Positions 12,905-27,166 of a stretch of DNA of 64,000 nucleotides are shown one piece after another (the stretch's first letter is position 1; each line of letters begins with the position of its first letter). The notes below the pieces were generated by a model. It was not told where the DNA came from. It saw nothing but the letters and a program-made list of their open reading frames with translations, and made no database searches. A program made the translations under genes and the position numbers. The stretch covers positions 98,517 to 162,516 of the forward strand of contig NIVC01001909.1 in assembly GCA_002269645.1 (NCBI GenBank), written 5' to 3'. Source of the stretch: Macrostomum lignano (lineage: Eukaryota).

Positions 12905-13800
12905 TATAGCGATTCCCTGCAAGCCTCGACATCGTAGGGATTCCCAAATGAATCTCTTAACTTCGACATGAAGCTTCTTTTATTTTTTACATTACGCTTT
13001 TTTTATCAGCGATCCCTCCCCTGAGGAGGCATCAAATAATGTAATAAAAAGTTTTCAATAAACTACATGTAGCTTCTGAATTTAGCCTTGACATCTTAGT
13101 TATTCCCCCGTAAGCCTTGACATGTCAGCGATGCCCCCCATAAACCTTGATATCTGAAAAATCCCCTGTTAACCTTGAAACCCGCTAAAATCTAACCCTC
13201 AACCCAAACCTGACCTAAACCTAACTTTAACCCAGCCTAAAGACTTGAAATCTCAGCAATTCTTCTCCCCTAAGCCTTGACAATTTAGTAATTCCTTTTT
13301 CAAGAATCACAGCACTATAGCGATTCCCTCCAAGCCTTGACATCGTAGCAATTCCCAAATGAATCTCTTAACTTCGACATGAAGCTTCTTTTATTTTTTA
13401 CATTACGCTTTTTTTATCAGCGATCCCTCCCCTGAGGAGGCATCAAATAATGTAATAAAAAGTTTTCAATAAACTACATGTAGCTTCTGAATTTAGCCTT
13501 GACATCTTAGTTATTCCCCCGTAAGCCTTGACATGTCAGCGATGCCCCCCATAAACCTTGATATCTGAAAAATCCCCTGTTAACCTTGAAACCCGCTAAA
13601 ATCTAACCCTCAACCCAAACCTGACCTAAACCTAACTTTAACCCAGCCTAAAGACTTGAAATCTCAGCAATTCTTCTCCCCTAAGCCTTGACAATTTAGT
13701 AATTCCTTTTTCAAGAATCACAGCACTATAGCGATTCCCTCCAAGCCTTGACATCGTAGCAATTCCCAAATGAATCTTTTAACTTCGACATGACTCTTCT
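12905..13800. repeat. 411-bp tandem duplication (2 full copies plus a partial)
   Basis: TTCCCAAATGAATCT recurs at 12941, 13352 and 13763 with near-identical intervening sequence. Confidence 0.9.
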
Positions 13801-14019
13801 TTTATGTATACATTGTGCTTCATTTCTTTTTTACATGACTCTTCTTCTATCAGTGCCCCCCGTGGGGAGTCAACAAAGAATGTAATAAAAAATCGAGTAA
13901 ACTACATGCAGCTCGTACTTTGAAGTAGCTTCTGACTTTCGCTTTGACATCTCAGAAACCCCCCCCCCCGTAATCTCAGTTATTCTCCGTGAGCCTTGAC
14001 ATCTCAGTAATTCTCCACA

Positions 14020-14570
14020 GCACAGCACAATAGCTTCATTTAATTTTTACATGACACTTCTTTCATGTCTGACATGACGCGCACAATAGCTTCATTTAAT
14101 TTTTACATGACACTTCTTTCATGTCTGACATGACGCGCACAATAGCTTCATTTAATTTTTACATGACACTTCTTTCATGTCTGACATGGCACTTCTTTTG
14201 ATTTTTACATGACGCTTCTTTTATTCTTCCATGATGCTTCTATGATTTCTCAAATGACACTTCCATTAGTTTTTATATGAGACTCCTATGATCTTTTGAT
14301 GATGCTTCTATGATTGTTTACATGACGCTTTTATGATTGTTTACATGACGCTTCTATGATTGTTTACATGACGCTTCTATGATTGTTTACATGACGCTTA
14401 TTATGATTGTTTACATGACGCTTCTATGATTGTTTACATGACGCTTCTATGATTGTTTACATGACGCTTATTATGATTGTTTACATGACGCTTATTATGA
14501 TTGTTTACATGACGCTTCTATAATTTTTTACATGACGCTTCTATGATTGTTTACGTGACGCTTCTATGTA
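14020..14570. repeat. Short tandem arrays (~58-bp x3, then 23-bp ATGATTGTTTACATGACGCTTCT)
   Basis: Read directly. Confidence 0.85.
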
Positions 14571-14709
14571 TAGAAGTCTATTTGTACTTATCTATCGTCC
14601 TACAGCATTTGACACAGTGCCTCCATAGCAATTAGCACTCGACACAGCATAGCTGAAGCAGACAGACAAGAGTAAGAGAATCTAACACAGATGGGATTAA
14701 AGTAGCTGA

Positions 14710-15387
<678 letters not shown>

Positions 15388-16231
15388 ATAGCTGACAATT
15401 TCTCCGCCTATATCTGGATATCAAAGCTCGTTAAAATCATATGCGGAAAGAATTTCAAGTCATGCAAAGGCTCATAGTTAATTCACTCAGGTTAGACAAT
15501 ATGTCAGTTTTGTGCATTAAATGAACTATAATTACACAGTATCATGTCAAACGGACACAGTCGTATTGCAACTAAATACACATTACATGATTTAGTGTTT
15601 CACATGGCTAAATTTCATTAAATTCGTGTAGCATGATTCTTTTTTTCAAACAAAATTTCGATTGAACCATCCTACAAGAGTCCTTTTGATGTGAGCATCT
15701 GAGCGCTATACATACGCATACGTGACTAAAGCTGTTTATGCCGATAGCTACCACAATAGGCAGAGATGGACAGAAAATGCACTGAGAAAGAGAGAGAGCC
15801 AGTTTACACAATAGGAGGGGGCCACGGCCTGCTTGCGGCTTGACAACTCCTCCCTCAAAATTTTTCTTCTTTTTTGGCCTGGCTTTTTTCCGCAGTTTTG
15901 TGCCGTTTCTTTGCCCTGACCTGCCCCCCCCCCAACTCGCCTCCTCCGTCCTGTCTTCTTCTCGCTACTAGCAAAGACTGCGCCCAATATATGAAGCTCA
16001 ATTTTGGCCAATTCAATTCAAATTTAATTTTTCTCTGCCTCCACTGTCTCTTTGCCGAGGGCCAACCACCCACACCGTGGCTGGCGCTTCAACTACGAGT
16101 AGGATAACATTCAAGTGGTCAGAGACCTCTCTCAGATATATTAAAGTTTTTTTAGCAAGGCGAGCATCTGCCAGAGTGAAAGAATTTGGTGCTGCTTCTG
16201 CTGTTGCAAAAACAATTGGCTCAGCTAAGTC

Positions 16232-16367
16232 ATGTGGGCAAGCAGTTTACCGCAGTACTGCTCAGGCCCTGTTGACGGCAACCTGTACGCCATCGTGAAG
16301 AAAACTGCTGATGGAGACTGGATTGAAGAGTCCTCAGCAGGAGAAGATTCCGGATGCGGTGCCAGCT
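16232..16367 (+). CDS. TNS: Tensin-like protein, first identified coding exon
   Basis: Encodes MWASSLPQYCSGPVDGNLYAIVKK, matching the tensin motif GPLDGSLYAxVKK. Donor GTGAGT at 16368. Start is either the ATG at 16232 (in-frame TAA just upstream) or an acceptor at 16255. Confidence 0.7.
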
Positions 16368-16399
16368 GTGAGTAACTGACAGATCCTAGCTGTTGCGTC

Positions 16400-17210
16400 T
16401 TAGCGTTGGTGTCTTTAGAGTGACGAAAATGGATGTCTTTGGAGTGATGAAAATGATTGTCTTTAGAGTGACGAAAATGAGTGTCTTTAGAGTGACGAAA
16501 ATAGGTGACTTTAAAGTGACGAAAAGGGGTGTCTTTAGAGTGACGAAAATGGATGTCTTTGGAGTGATGAAAATGATTGTCTTTAGAGTGACGAAAATGA
16601 TTGCCTTTAGAGTGACGAAATTGAGTGTCTTTAGAGTGACGAACGTAGGTGTCTTTAGAGTGACGAAAATGATTGTCTTTAGAGTGACGAACTTAGGTGT
16701 CTTTAGAGTGACGAAAAATAGGTGACTTTAAAGTGACGAAAAAGGGTGTCTTTAGAGTGACGAAATTGGGTGTCTTTGGAGTGATGAAAATGATTGTCTT
16801 TAGAGTGACGAAATTGGGTGTCTTTAGAGTGACGAAAATGATTGTCTTTAGAGTGACGAAAATAAGTGACTTTAAAGTGACGAAAAGGAGTGTCTTTAGG
16901 GTGACGAAAATGAGTGTCTTTAGAGTGACGAAAATAGGTGACTTTAAAATGACGAAGAGGGGTGTCTTTAGAGTGACGAAAATGATTGTCTTTAGAGTGA
17001 CGAAAATTAGTGTCTTTAGAGTGACGAAAATAGGTGACTTTAAAATGACGAAGAGGGGTGTCTTTAGAGTGACGAAAATGATTGTCTTTAGAGTGACGAA
17101 AATGAGTGTCTTTAGAGTGACGAAAATGAGTGTCCTTAGAGTGACGAAAATGAGTGTCTTTAGAGTGACGAAAATAGGTGACTTTAAAGTGACGAAGAGG
17201 GGTGTCTTTA
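16400..17210. repeat. Intronic 21-bp minisatellite (GTCTTTAGAGTGACGAAAATG..)
   Basis: Tandem units starting just after the donor at 16368. Confidence 0.95.
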
Positions 17211-17620
17211 GAAAATTTTTGTCTTTCGTGTACAGACATTTGTGTCTTAGTGACAATGTGTCAATTGTGTCTGTAGCTATCGGATACAAAGAGAAGCCTC
17301 TAGGCTTTCCTTCGCTAGCAAAAGTCAAAATAAAATTGAAAATGGCAAATTGCGCCATTTTGTCGGCTTCACTGAAGGTTGAAGGCAAAATTCGTGGCCG
17401 CTACAAACTAACAGCAACAGCTGACAGCAGCAACAGCTGGTCCCCTGGCCTCGTTTTAGGCTGATAGGCTGCGTTTGATGGGAAAATATCCAATAAATAC
17501 TTCCGCCTGTGTGCAGTTGTGCAGGATTTGCGGCTTTGCGACTTGCGACTTGCGGGGTTGGGAAGTGGGGAGTGACAATTGGAAACAAGAACTTTCTGGA
17601 CTATATTTGACTACTACTAA

Positions 17621-18362
<742 letters not shown>

Positions 18363-18999
18363 CCAGACTACCAGGATTGAAAATTCTGGATGCGAAGATA
18401 ACCTTTAGAAATCTTCTCGCTTGTCTTTGAAAGTGCGTCACCAACCGCGCGGAGTTGGCCCGTAGCCAAAAAATTCAAAAGAAAAACAGCCCATGCTGAT
18501 ACGTAATCTTCGCTGCCATCTTCAGCAAATGTAGGTAGGAGTGTTAAAAACCGGACCCCCCCCTACATGCGCGAAAGTTCAGAAATCCTTCACGGGGAAG
18601 ACATTGAAAAAATCCTCCGTAGAAGGGTCGCACAGATGTTATCGATTGCCAATCCAGCCACTCCTTCATCAACAACTGCAGTCATTGGCCTGTCCCCAGG
18701 TGGATGGTTAATTATAAAGATATGGCCGAAGGCGATTCCTCCTTCCTTTGTAAAATACGGTTTTTAAAAAACATCAGAATGGAAAGGAAGAATCGCAGCA
18801 ACGATGCTGGATCGGTTCTGCATTATCCAGGCAACAGGAACTCAGGGCCCAGAGGGCTATCTCACAGGCTTGATTGTGAGTTCTCCGTGAAGTCTCTATG
18901 CTGTCTCAGATGCCAATAGCATCGCTTGGTGTCACAGAATAGTTTGGCTTACAAATACTTCATTACTCAATGATTAATTAGACTATATAGGGAAAATCT

Positions 19000-19620
19000 C
19001 AGATCTGGCAATGTATCCATAGAGGAATTTCTCAGTTTTGAAATATAAATCCATAGGGTAATTTCTGAGTTCTGAAATTTGAATCCACAGGGGAATTTCT
19101 CAGTTCTGCCATGAATCCATAGGGGAATTTCTCAGTACTGCCATGAATCCATAGGGGAATTTCTCAGTACTGCCATGAATCCATAGGGGAATTTCTCAGT
19201 ACTGCCATGGATCCATAGGGGAATTTCTCAGTTCTGCCATGAATCCATAAGGGAATTTCTCAGTTCTGCCATGAATCCATAGGGGAATTTCTCAGTACTG
19301 CCATGAATCCATAAGGGAATTTCTCAGTTCTGAAATATGAATTCACAGGGGAAATTCTCAGTTCTGAAATATGAATTCACAGGGGAATTTCTCAGTTCTG
19401 CCATGAATCCATAGGGGAATTTCTCAGTTCTGCCATGAATCCATAGGGGAATTTCTCAGTTCTGCCATGAATCCATAGGGGAATTTCTCAGTTCTGCCAT
19501 GAATCCATAGGAGAATTTCTCAGTTCTGAAATATGAATCTGGCACATGCATCCATCGGGGAACTTCTAACTTCTCTAATCTCGCAATGACTCCACAGGGG
19601 AATTTCTCAGGTGGTCAAGG
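19000..19620. repeat. Intronic 32-bp minisatellite (AGGGGAATTTCTCAGTTCTGCCATGAATCCAT)
   Basis: 32-bp period measured between 19121 and 19153. Confidence 0.93.
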
Positions 19621-19753
19621 ACTCACCAGGGGAGTTGATCAAATTGCCCGTGCCGTGACTATTCACAATGCGAATTTCTCAGATGACCAATCATAAAAAG
19701 CAGCAATAGCCAAGCCAACTTCATTGCTTTTTTTCCTTTCGCCTTCGCCGCAG

Positions 19754-20560
19754 CAAACATCGGCTACAAGCCGGACGCATCCACGGGCAGCAGCGGTCAG
19801 CCTCAGCAGCAGCAGCCGCCGCCGACGCCGCCGCTGCGAAGCACCTCCTCGGTTCCGCCTGCCGACCCCGCCAAGAATCTCGACGACGGCTTCAACAGCC
19901 TGCTCGAAGGACTGCTTAAAGTCGGCAGCACGCCAGCTGCAGCGCCGGCTGCTGAGACTGACCGGGAAGAGGATTTTCATCCCAGCGTCGAGCTGGAGAC
20001 CGAACTCGAGCGCCAGCTGGCTGCCGAGCTGGCTCGAACTCGACGGCAAATTGAGCGTCGGATGCGGCGACTGCTTCGACCGTCGAAGTCGAATGGGCGA
20101 CGGCGAAAAATCAGCGACTGCGACCACGATGACGAGGACGAGGAGGCGTGCTTCGAAGGCGGAGCTCTCGAGCGGCCCAAGAAACCTGTGACCTCCTGTT
20201 CGGACAGGGGAGCCTCAACGTTACCGGCGTCTCGCAGTCACAGCGAAAGCTGGCAGCGGCAGAGCAGCTACCAGAGAGGCAACGAGATCGGGCACCGGCA
20301 CGAGTCATTTCATCGGGAGGAGCGCGGGCATCATGGACATCGGGAGCAGCATGAGCATCATGAGCACCATGAGCATCATGAGCACCATAAGCATCATGAG
20401 CATCATGAACATCGTCATGAACAACATCAGCATCAGGAGCAAAAACAGCTGCAAGTTCACCCAAGCCAGTGCAGCAGCTCAGCTCAGCCATGCAGCGCGA
20501 ATCTGCCTGCCTCTGGGAATTGTGCGAATTCTCTTAAGTCTGTGTACTCCACTCCTGACG
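19754..20560 (+). CDS. TNS: Tensin-like protein, exon 2 (low-complexity, His/Glu-rich)
   Basis: Acceptor ttcgccgcag, donor GTGCGT at 20561. 807 nt open, phase 1 to 1. Includes NLDDGFNSLLEGL and an HHE repeat tract. Confidence 0.75.
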
Positions 20561-20584
20561 GTGCGTGTCTCAGCCAGGGTTATC

Positions 20585-21145
20585 TGGGAGGCTGGCCCAG
20601 GAACTGGGGATCTGGGAGGCTGGCCCAGCAACTGAGGATCTGGGAGACTGGTCTAGCAACTAAGGATTTGGGAGGCTGGCCCAGCAACTAAGAATCTGGG
20701 AGGCTGGCCCAAAAACTGAGGATCTGGGAGACTGGCCCAGCAACTGAGGATTTGGAAGGCTGGCCCAGCAACTGAGAATCTGGGAGGCTGGCCCAAAAAC
20801 TGAGGATCTGGGAGACTGGCCCAGCAACTGAGGATTTGGGAGGCTGGCCCGGCAACTGAGGATCTGGAAGGCTGGCCCAGCAACTGAGGATTTGGGAGGC
20901 TGGCCCAGCAACTGGGATCTGGAAGGCTGGCCCAGCAACTGGGGATCTGGGAGGCTGGCCCAGCAACTGAGGATTTGGGAGGCTGGCCCGGCAACTGGGG
21001 ATCTGGAAGGCTGGCCCAGCAACTGGGGATCTGGGAGGCTGGCCCAGCAACTGAGGATTTGGGAGGCTGGCCCGGCAACTGGGATCTGGAAGGTTGGCCC
21101 AGCAACTGGGGATCTGGGAGGCTGGCCCAGCAACTGAGGCCCTGG
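20585..21145. repeat. Intronic ~28-bp minisatellite (TGGGAGGCTGGCCCAGCAACTGAGGATC)
   Basis: Tandem units filling most of intron 20561-21420. Confidence 0.95.
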
Positions 21146-21420
21146 AAGGGTGGCTGCCCAAGATCATTATTTTTTGATCCGCATACAAGCAATAAAACAC
21201 CCCAAGACCTATTAGTGCCTACAAACTTCTGCTGCAGTCAGGACGGCATTTTGCTGCTAATAGTGCAGCCCAGCAAACCCGCTCCTCCCTCACTTATCGG
21301 GCCCTCATCAATAGCGTCTCCGCTGCTGCCCCCTAAAGCACCAGTCTGATCTCGCTAAAAGCGGAGAAAGCTTTGCACTTTTATAAGTTGTTTCGCATTC
21401 CAAACGAATTCACTCTGCAG

Positions 21421-21615
21421 GTGACATTCAGATCCAGCTGGGCGAGTCGGCAAACCAGTTCGGAGCGGGTCTGTTCAGTCGGGCGCCACTCTGGGAGCGG
21501 CAGTTCCGGCATCCGCAGTTGAACAGCCTGCCGAGGCCCGCCAAGGAGAGGCCGGCGCCTCCGCCTGCGGCCTGCACCCTCCGGCCGCCTCAGCACCGCC
21601 GGAGCGAGCGATTTG
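21421..21615 (+). CDS. TNS: Tensin-like protein, exon 3
   Basis: Acceptor cactctgcag, donor GTAAG at 21616. 195 nt open, phase 1 to 1. Confidence 0.72.
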
Positions 21616-21627
21616 GTAAGACAGACA

Positions 21628-22269
<642 letters not shown>

Positions 22270-22442
22270 ATAATTTCAACAGTGTTTTCAGATGTCAGGG
22301 GGAGCATTCAGTATGTTTTGATAAGAATTTACAAGGGTTTTATTTATGTTACTGTCAGTAGTGTATTGTAAAATTCTTAGACACAACTAGACACAACAAC
22401 AGACACAACATAATTCACGCTTGCCTCGTCGCGTTTCTACAG

Positions 22443-22618
22443 ACGATCCGGCGGAGCTTGCCAAGTCACGTGACCTGCTGGAGTTGCGCCTTCAAGAACT
22501 GCAAGCGCAAATGTGCGCCACGAGAGACCGGACGCAGCAGCGACAGCAACAGCCGCAGCCGACCAGCAAGCCTTGCTGCGGAACTCAGCCTCGTCAAGAT
22601 GATAGACAGGTGACAGCG
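22443..22618 (+). CDS. TNS: Tensin-like protein, exon 4
   Basis: Acceptor tttctacag, donor GTGAGT at 22619. DDPAELAKSRDLLELRLQELQAQ. Phase 1 to 0. Confidence 0.72.
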
Positions 22619-22659
22619 GTGAGTGACACTGAGAGTTTTGGATATTTTTAATGGGAGGA

Positions 22660-23130
22660 GGCTGAGATCTGATAGGGTGAGATCTGATAGGGCGAGATCT
22701 GATAGAGTGAGATCTGATAGAGTGAGATCTGATAGGGTGAGATCTGATAGGGTGAGATTTGATAGGGTGAGATCTGATAGGGTGAGATCTGATAGGGTGA
22801 GATCTGATAGGGTGAGATCTGATAGGGTGAGATCTGATAGGGTGAGATCTGATAGAGTGAGATCTGATAGAGTGAGATCTGATAGAGTGAGATCTGATAG
22901 GGTGAGATCTGATAGGGTGAGATCTGATAGGGTGAGATCTGATAGGGTGAGATCTGAGAGGGTGAGATCTGATAGGGTGAGATCTGATAGAGTGAGGTCT
23001 GATAGGGTGAGATCTGATAGGGTGAGATCTGATAGGGTGAGATCTGATAGAGTGAGATCTGAGAGGGTGAGATCTGAGAGGGTGAGATCTGAGAGGGTGA
23101 GAATGAGATCATATAGGGTGAGATCTGTGA
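22660..23130. repeat. Intronic 15-bp minisatellite (GATAGGGTGAGATCT)
   Basis: About 30 units. Confidence 0.96.
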
Positions 23131-23464
23131 GACAGTAATATCATCTGGTAACAAACTTCACTTTTGACTAATTGCTTTTACACAATCGGAATCGCCATTG
23201 AAAGTCGTAAGTAATTGAACTGTATAAAGTGTTTTATTTATATTTTGTAGGCTAGCAATATTATTACAGTAGCGCTTTTCTGCCTGACTCCTACTATTTT
23301 GGCGTACTTTGGCGTATTAGCATGTACTGTTATAACCAACCAGCCCAAATAGAACTAGATCACTGACCGTTTCCTGGAAAGGTTTCATAGCTCACTTTTC
23401 TATAGAAACACGATGACCTCTACTTAATTACTTCTTTGGTAAAATCTGTCTCAAGGCCAGGTGT

Positions 23465-23965
23465 CTTTCTTGGTTAACGCCCTGTCTCTTGGATGGGCGC
23501 CCCTGTCTCTTATATGGGGCGCCCCTGTCTCTTGTTTGGCGCCCCTGTCTCTTGGTTGGCGCCCCTGTCTCTTGGTGATCGCCCCTGTCTCTTGGTGATC
23601 GCCCCTGTCTCTTGGTGATCGCCCCTGTCTCTTGGGTGGGCGCCCCTGTCTCTTGGGTGGGCACCTCTGTCTCTTGGGTGGGCGCCCCTGTCTCTTGGTG
23701 GGCGCCCCTGTCTCTTGGTTGGCGCCCCTGGCTTATGGTGATCGCCCCTGTCTCTTGGTGGGCGCCCCTGTCTCTTGGTGGGCGCCCCTGTCTCTTGGTG
23801 GGCGCCCCTGTCTCTTGGTGGGCGCCCCTGTCTCTTGGTGGGCGCCCCTGTCTCTTGGTGGGCGCCCCTGTCTCTTGATGGGCGCCCCTGTCTCTTGGTG
23901 GGCGCCCCTGTCTCTTGGTGGGCGCCCCTGTCTCTTGGTGGGCGCCCCTGTCTCTTGGTGGGCGC
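23465..23965. repeat. Intronic 20-bp minisatellite (GGCGCCCCTGTCTCTTGGTG)
   Basis: About 24 units ending just before the acceptor at 23983. Confidence 0.96.
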
Positions 23966-23983
23966 ACCATATTGAATATTCAG

Positions 23984-24263
23984 TACAGTGGATTTTCACT
24001 TCCATCCCTGCGCCCGCGCCAGACAATCCAACAGCGAGTCCTGGCCCAGGAACCGCCGCCGCCGTCGCCGAAAACCTACCAGGAGGTGGAGATGATCACC
24101 ATGCAGCCGATCGGGCGGGGCATCCACGATCTCGGCACTTATTCAGGCTCGAATTTGCGAGGGAAGTGCGAAGGCGAGCAGCAACAGCAGCAGCCTTCGA
24201 CTGCTGAGAGCACACCGCGCAGGCCCATCATCGGCGAGAGGGACCGGACTAGCCATGGGATTG
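23984..24263 (+). CDS. TNS: Tensin-like protein, exon 5
   Basis: Acceptor atattcag, donor GTGAGT at 24264. YSGFSLPSLRPRQ...TSHGI. Phase 0 to 1. Confidence 0.72.
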
Positions 24264-24275
24264 GTGAGTGCAGAT

Positions 24276-24426
24276 AGCAATCAATCGATCAATCTATCAA
24301 TCAATTAATCAGTTAATCAATCAATCAATCAACAAAAATATCAGTCAGTCAGTCAATCAATCAATCAATCAATCAATTAATCAGTCAATCAATCAATCCA
24401 TCCGACAATCAATTAATCACTCAATT

Positions 24427-24473
<47 letters not shown>

Positions 24474-24522
24474 TAATCAGTCAATCAATCAATCCATCAG
24501 ACAATCAATTAATCACTCAATT

Positions 24523-24554
<32 letters not shown>

Positions 24555-24555
24555 A
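24276..24555. repeat. Imperfect (ATCA)n microsatellite
   Basis: Fills intron 24264-24656. Confidence 0.93.
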
Positions 24556-24656
24556 ATAAATGAAGCCGAATATCTATCTATCTTTCTATCAAGCAGCAAT
24601 AATCGTGGTCTATGGTTTAAAAACTTCATCATAATTTATACTTGCCTTCTGAACAG

Positions 24657-24839
24657 CCAGCGTCAGCAATCAATCATGCGACGGATCGTCCACAACGCCG
24701 AGGGCCTCGGGCACACCGCAGCGCCAGCAGCCAATCAAAATCGACTGGAGTCAACCGTCACGTGACGCGGGTTCCAATGGGCACGGAAGCCAGGAGACAA
24801 TGCCTTTGTGGTACCGACCAGCCATATCTAGGGAAGAAA
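24657..24839 (+). CDS. TNS: Tensin-like protein, exon 6 (start of SH2 domain)
   Basis: Acceptor tctgaacag, donor GTAAGC at 24840. Ends MPLWYRPAISREE, the tensin SH2 N-terminal WYxPxISRE motif. Confidence 0.85.
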
Positions 24840-24984
24840 GTAAGCTTGTATCAGTAAATAATAATTACAAACTATTCTTTAGTAATATTAGAAAGTAAAT
24901 ATGAATGTATCAGACAGTTATGCCATTCAATTATTTATGGGAGCATGACATCTGGAGATCATTTATTAAAAAGTTTTTGTAACT

Positions 24985-26443
24985 GGGAATCAGCGTTATG
25001 GGATGAAAAATATGGTATGATTTTTTGGGATAATCAGAGCATCTGGGATAGTCATTTTTGGATCACCCAATGTGGGAAAATCATTTCGGGATTATAGAAT
25101 TTGTTAATATTCATTTTAGGATCTCAGAATTTGTGATAATCATTCGGGATCACATAGCATCTGGGATAATCATTTTGGGATCACATAGCATCTGGGATAA
25201 GCATTTTGGGATCATAGCATCTGGGAAAATCATTTGAATTTGGAATTTGGAATTTGGAATTTGGGATAAGCATTTTGGGATCATAGCATCTGTAATAATC
25301 ATTTTGGGATCATAGCATCTGGAATAATCATTTTGGGATCATAGCATCTGGAATAATCATTTTGGGATCATAGCATCTGGAATAAGTATTTTGGGATCAC
25401 ATAGCATCTGGAATAAGCATTTTGGGATCATAGCATCTGGAATAAGTATTTTGGGATCATAGCATCTGGAATAAGCATTTTGAGATCACATAGCATCTGG
25501 GATAATCATTTTGAGATCACATAGCATATGGGATAAGCATTTTGGGATCATAGCATCTGGGATAATCCTTTTTGGGATCATAGCATCTGGAATAAGCATT
25601 TTGGGATCACATAGCATCTGGGATAAGCATTTTGGGATCATAGCATCTGGAATAAGCATTTTGGGATCACATAGCATCTGGGATAATCATTTTGGGATCA
25701 CATAGCATCTGGGATAAGCATTTTGGGATCATAGCATCTGGAATAAGCATTTTGGGATCACATATCATCTGGGATAAGCATTTTGGGATCATAGCATCTG
25801 GAATAAGCATTTTGGGATCACATAGCATCTGGGATAAGCATTTTGGGATCATAGCATCTGGAATAAGCATTTTGGGATCACATATCATCTGGGATAATCA
25901 TTTTGGGATCACATAGCATCTGGGATAAGCATTTTGGGATCATAGCATCTGGGATAATCATTTTGGGATCACATAGCATCTGGGATAGGGATTTTGGGAT
26001 CATAGCATCTGGGATAATCATTTTTGGGATCATAGCATCTGGGATAATCATTTGAATTTGGAATTGGGAATTAGGAATTTGGGATAAGCATTTTGGGATC
26101 AATGATTATCAGCATCTGGAATAATCATTTTGGGATCATAGTATCTGGAATAAGCATTTTGGGATCATAGCATCTGGGATAATCATTTGAATTTGGAATT
26201 GGGAATTAGGAATTTGAGATAAGCATTTTGGGATCATAAAATTTTGGATAATCATTTTGGGATCAAAACATTTGGAATAATCATTTTGGGATCATAGCAT
26301 CTGGAATAAGCATCTTGGGATCATAGCATCTGGGATAAGCATTTTGGGATCATAGCATCTGGAATAAGCATTTTGGGATCATAGCATCTGGGATAATCAT
26401 TTTGGGATCATAGCATCTGGAATAAGCATTTTGGGATCATAGC
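24985..26443. repeat. 29/31-bp minisatellite (TTTTGGGATCATAGCATCTGGAATAAGCA), left part
   Basis: The array is interrupted at 26443 by the LINE and resumes at 38728-38790. A related array occurs at 39270-39595. Confidence 0.95.
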
Positions 26444-26554
26444 TTGACTTACTTGACTTAGCTGCAGGGTGGTCCGTAGACACAGCGGGGAGGCGAGGGT
26501 CGCCCATTCCGCTAGCCCCTGAAGGCCCGCAGACAGGCAGAGGCGTGGGGCCGG

Positions 26555-27151
26555 TCAGGGTGGTCCGCCAGTCCGTCCTGCAGCGTGATCTTCCGTTGGG
26601 AAGAAACTGGCTCGTCTAGTCGCCCGAAGGAACTGGATGAGCCGTGGGATGCTGTCGGGCTGGCAGACCTCGTCAATGGACGGGTTCGGCCCGAGGTAGC
26701 GTAGCCGGTCTCTGTTAAAGAAAGGGCAGTGACAGACAAAGTGCTGAGCATCTTCATTGTCGCACTCGCAAAAGGGGCAAATTTCGCTCTCGAGGTCGCC
26801 TCGGAGGAAGCAGTGCCTGGCGAGGTAGCCATGGCCGGTAAGGGTCATGACAAGGGCTCGAATATCCTTCCGATTCTGGTTCAGAAGGATGTTTCTGAGC
26901 CTGTGAGACGGGCAAGGAACCGCGGCACGAGATTGCCGGCAGTTTTGGGTGCCCGCCCATCTGTCCCTGTGGAGGGAGTCAGCCCAGTCGTCGATCTGAC
27001 GATTGATGACTGTCAAGGGCATAGGGACCAGGGGGGCAGGGCCGAAGAAAGAGCCAGAGCCGCCCCTCTTGGCGAGGGTGTCTGCCAGCTCGTTCCCCGG
27101 AAACCCTGCGTGCCCTGGGATCCACTTCAGCCTGACAGTATTGCTTCTGGC
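26555..27151 (-). CDS. Host LINE ORF2 segment 3: end of RNase H and C-terminal CCHC domain
   Basis: ARSNTVRLKWIPGHAGFPGNELAD...LTGHGYL...CPFCECDNEDAQHFVCHCP, in frame with segment 2 once the second LINE is removed. Confidence 0.9.
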   Translation of the reverse strand, partial: ARSNTVRLKWIPGHAGFPGNELADTLAKRGGSGSFFGPAPLVPMPLTVINRQIDDWADSLHRDRWAGTQNCRQSRAAVPCPSHRLRNILLNQNRKDIRALVMTLTGHGYLARHCFLRGDLESEICPFCECDNEDAQHFVCHCPFFNRDRLRYLGPNPSIDEVCQPDSIPRLIQFLRATRRASFFPTEDHAAGRTGGPP

Positions 27152-27166
27152 CAGGAGGTTGAGCTG

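Noticed and set aside
18780-18875. Possible extra tensin exon (cag|AATGGAAAGG...GATT|gtgagt)
   Set aside because: Splice-like ends exist but there is no homology support, and 16367 splices in phase to 19754 without it.
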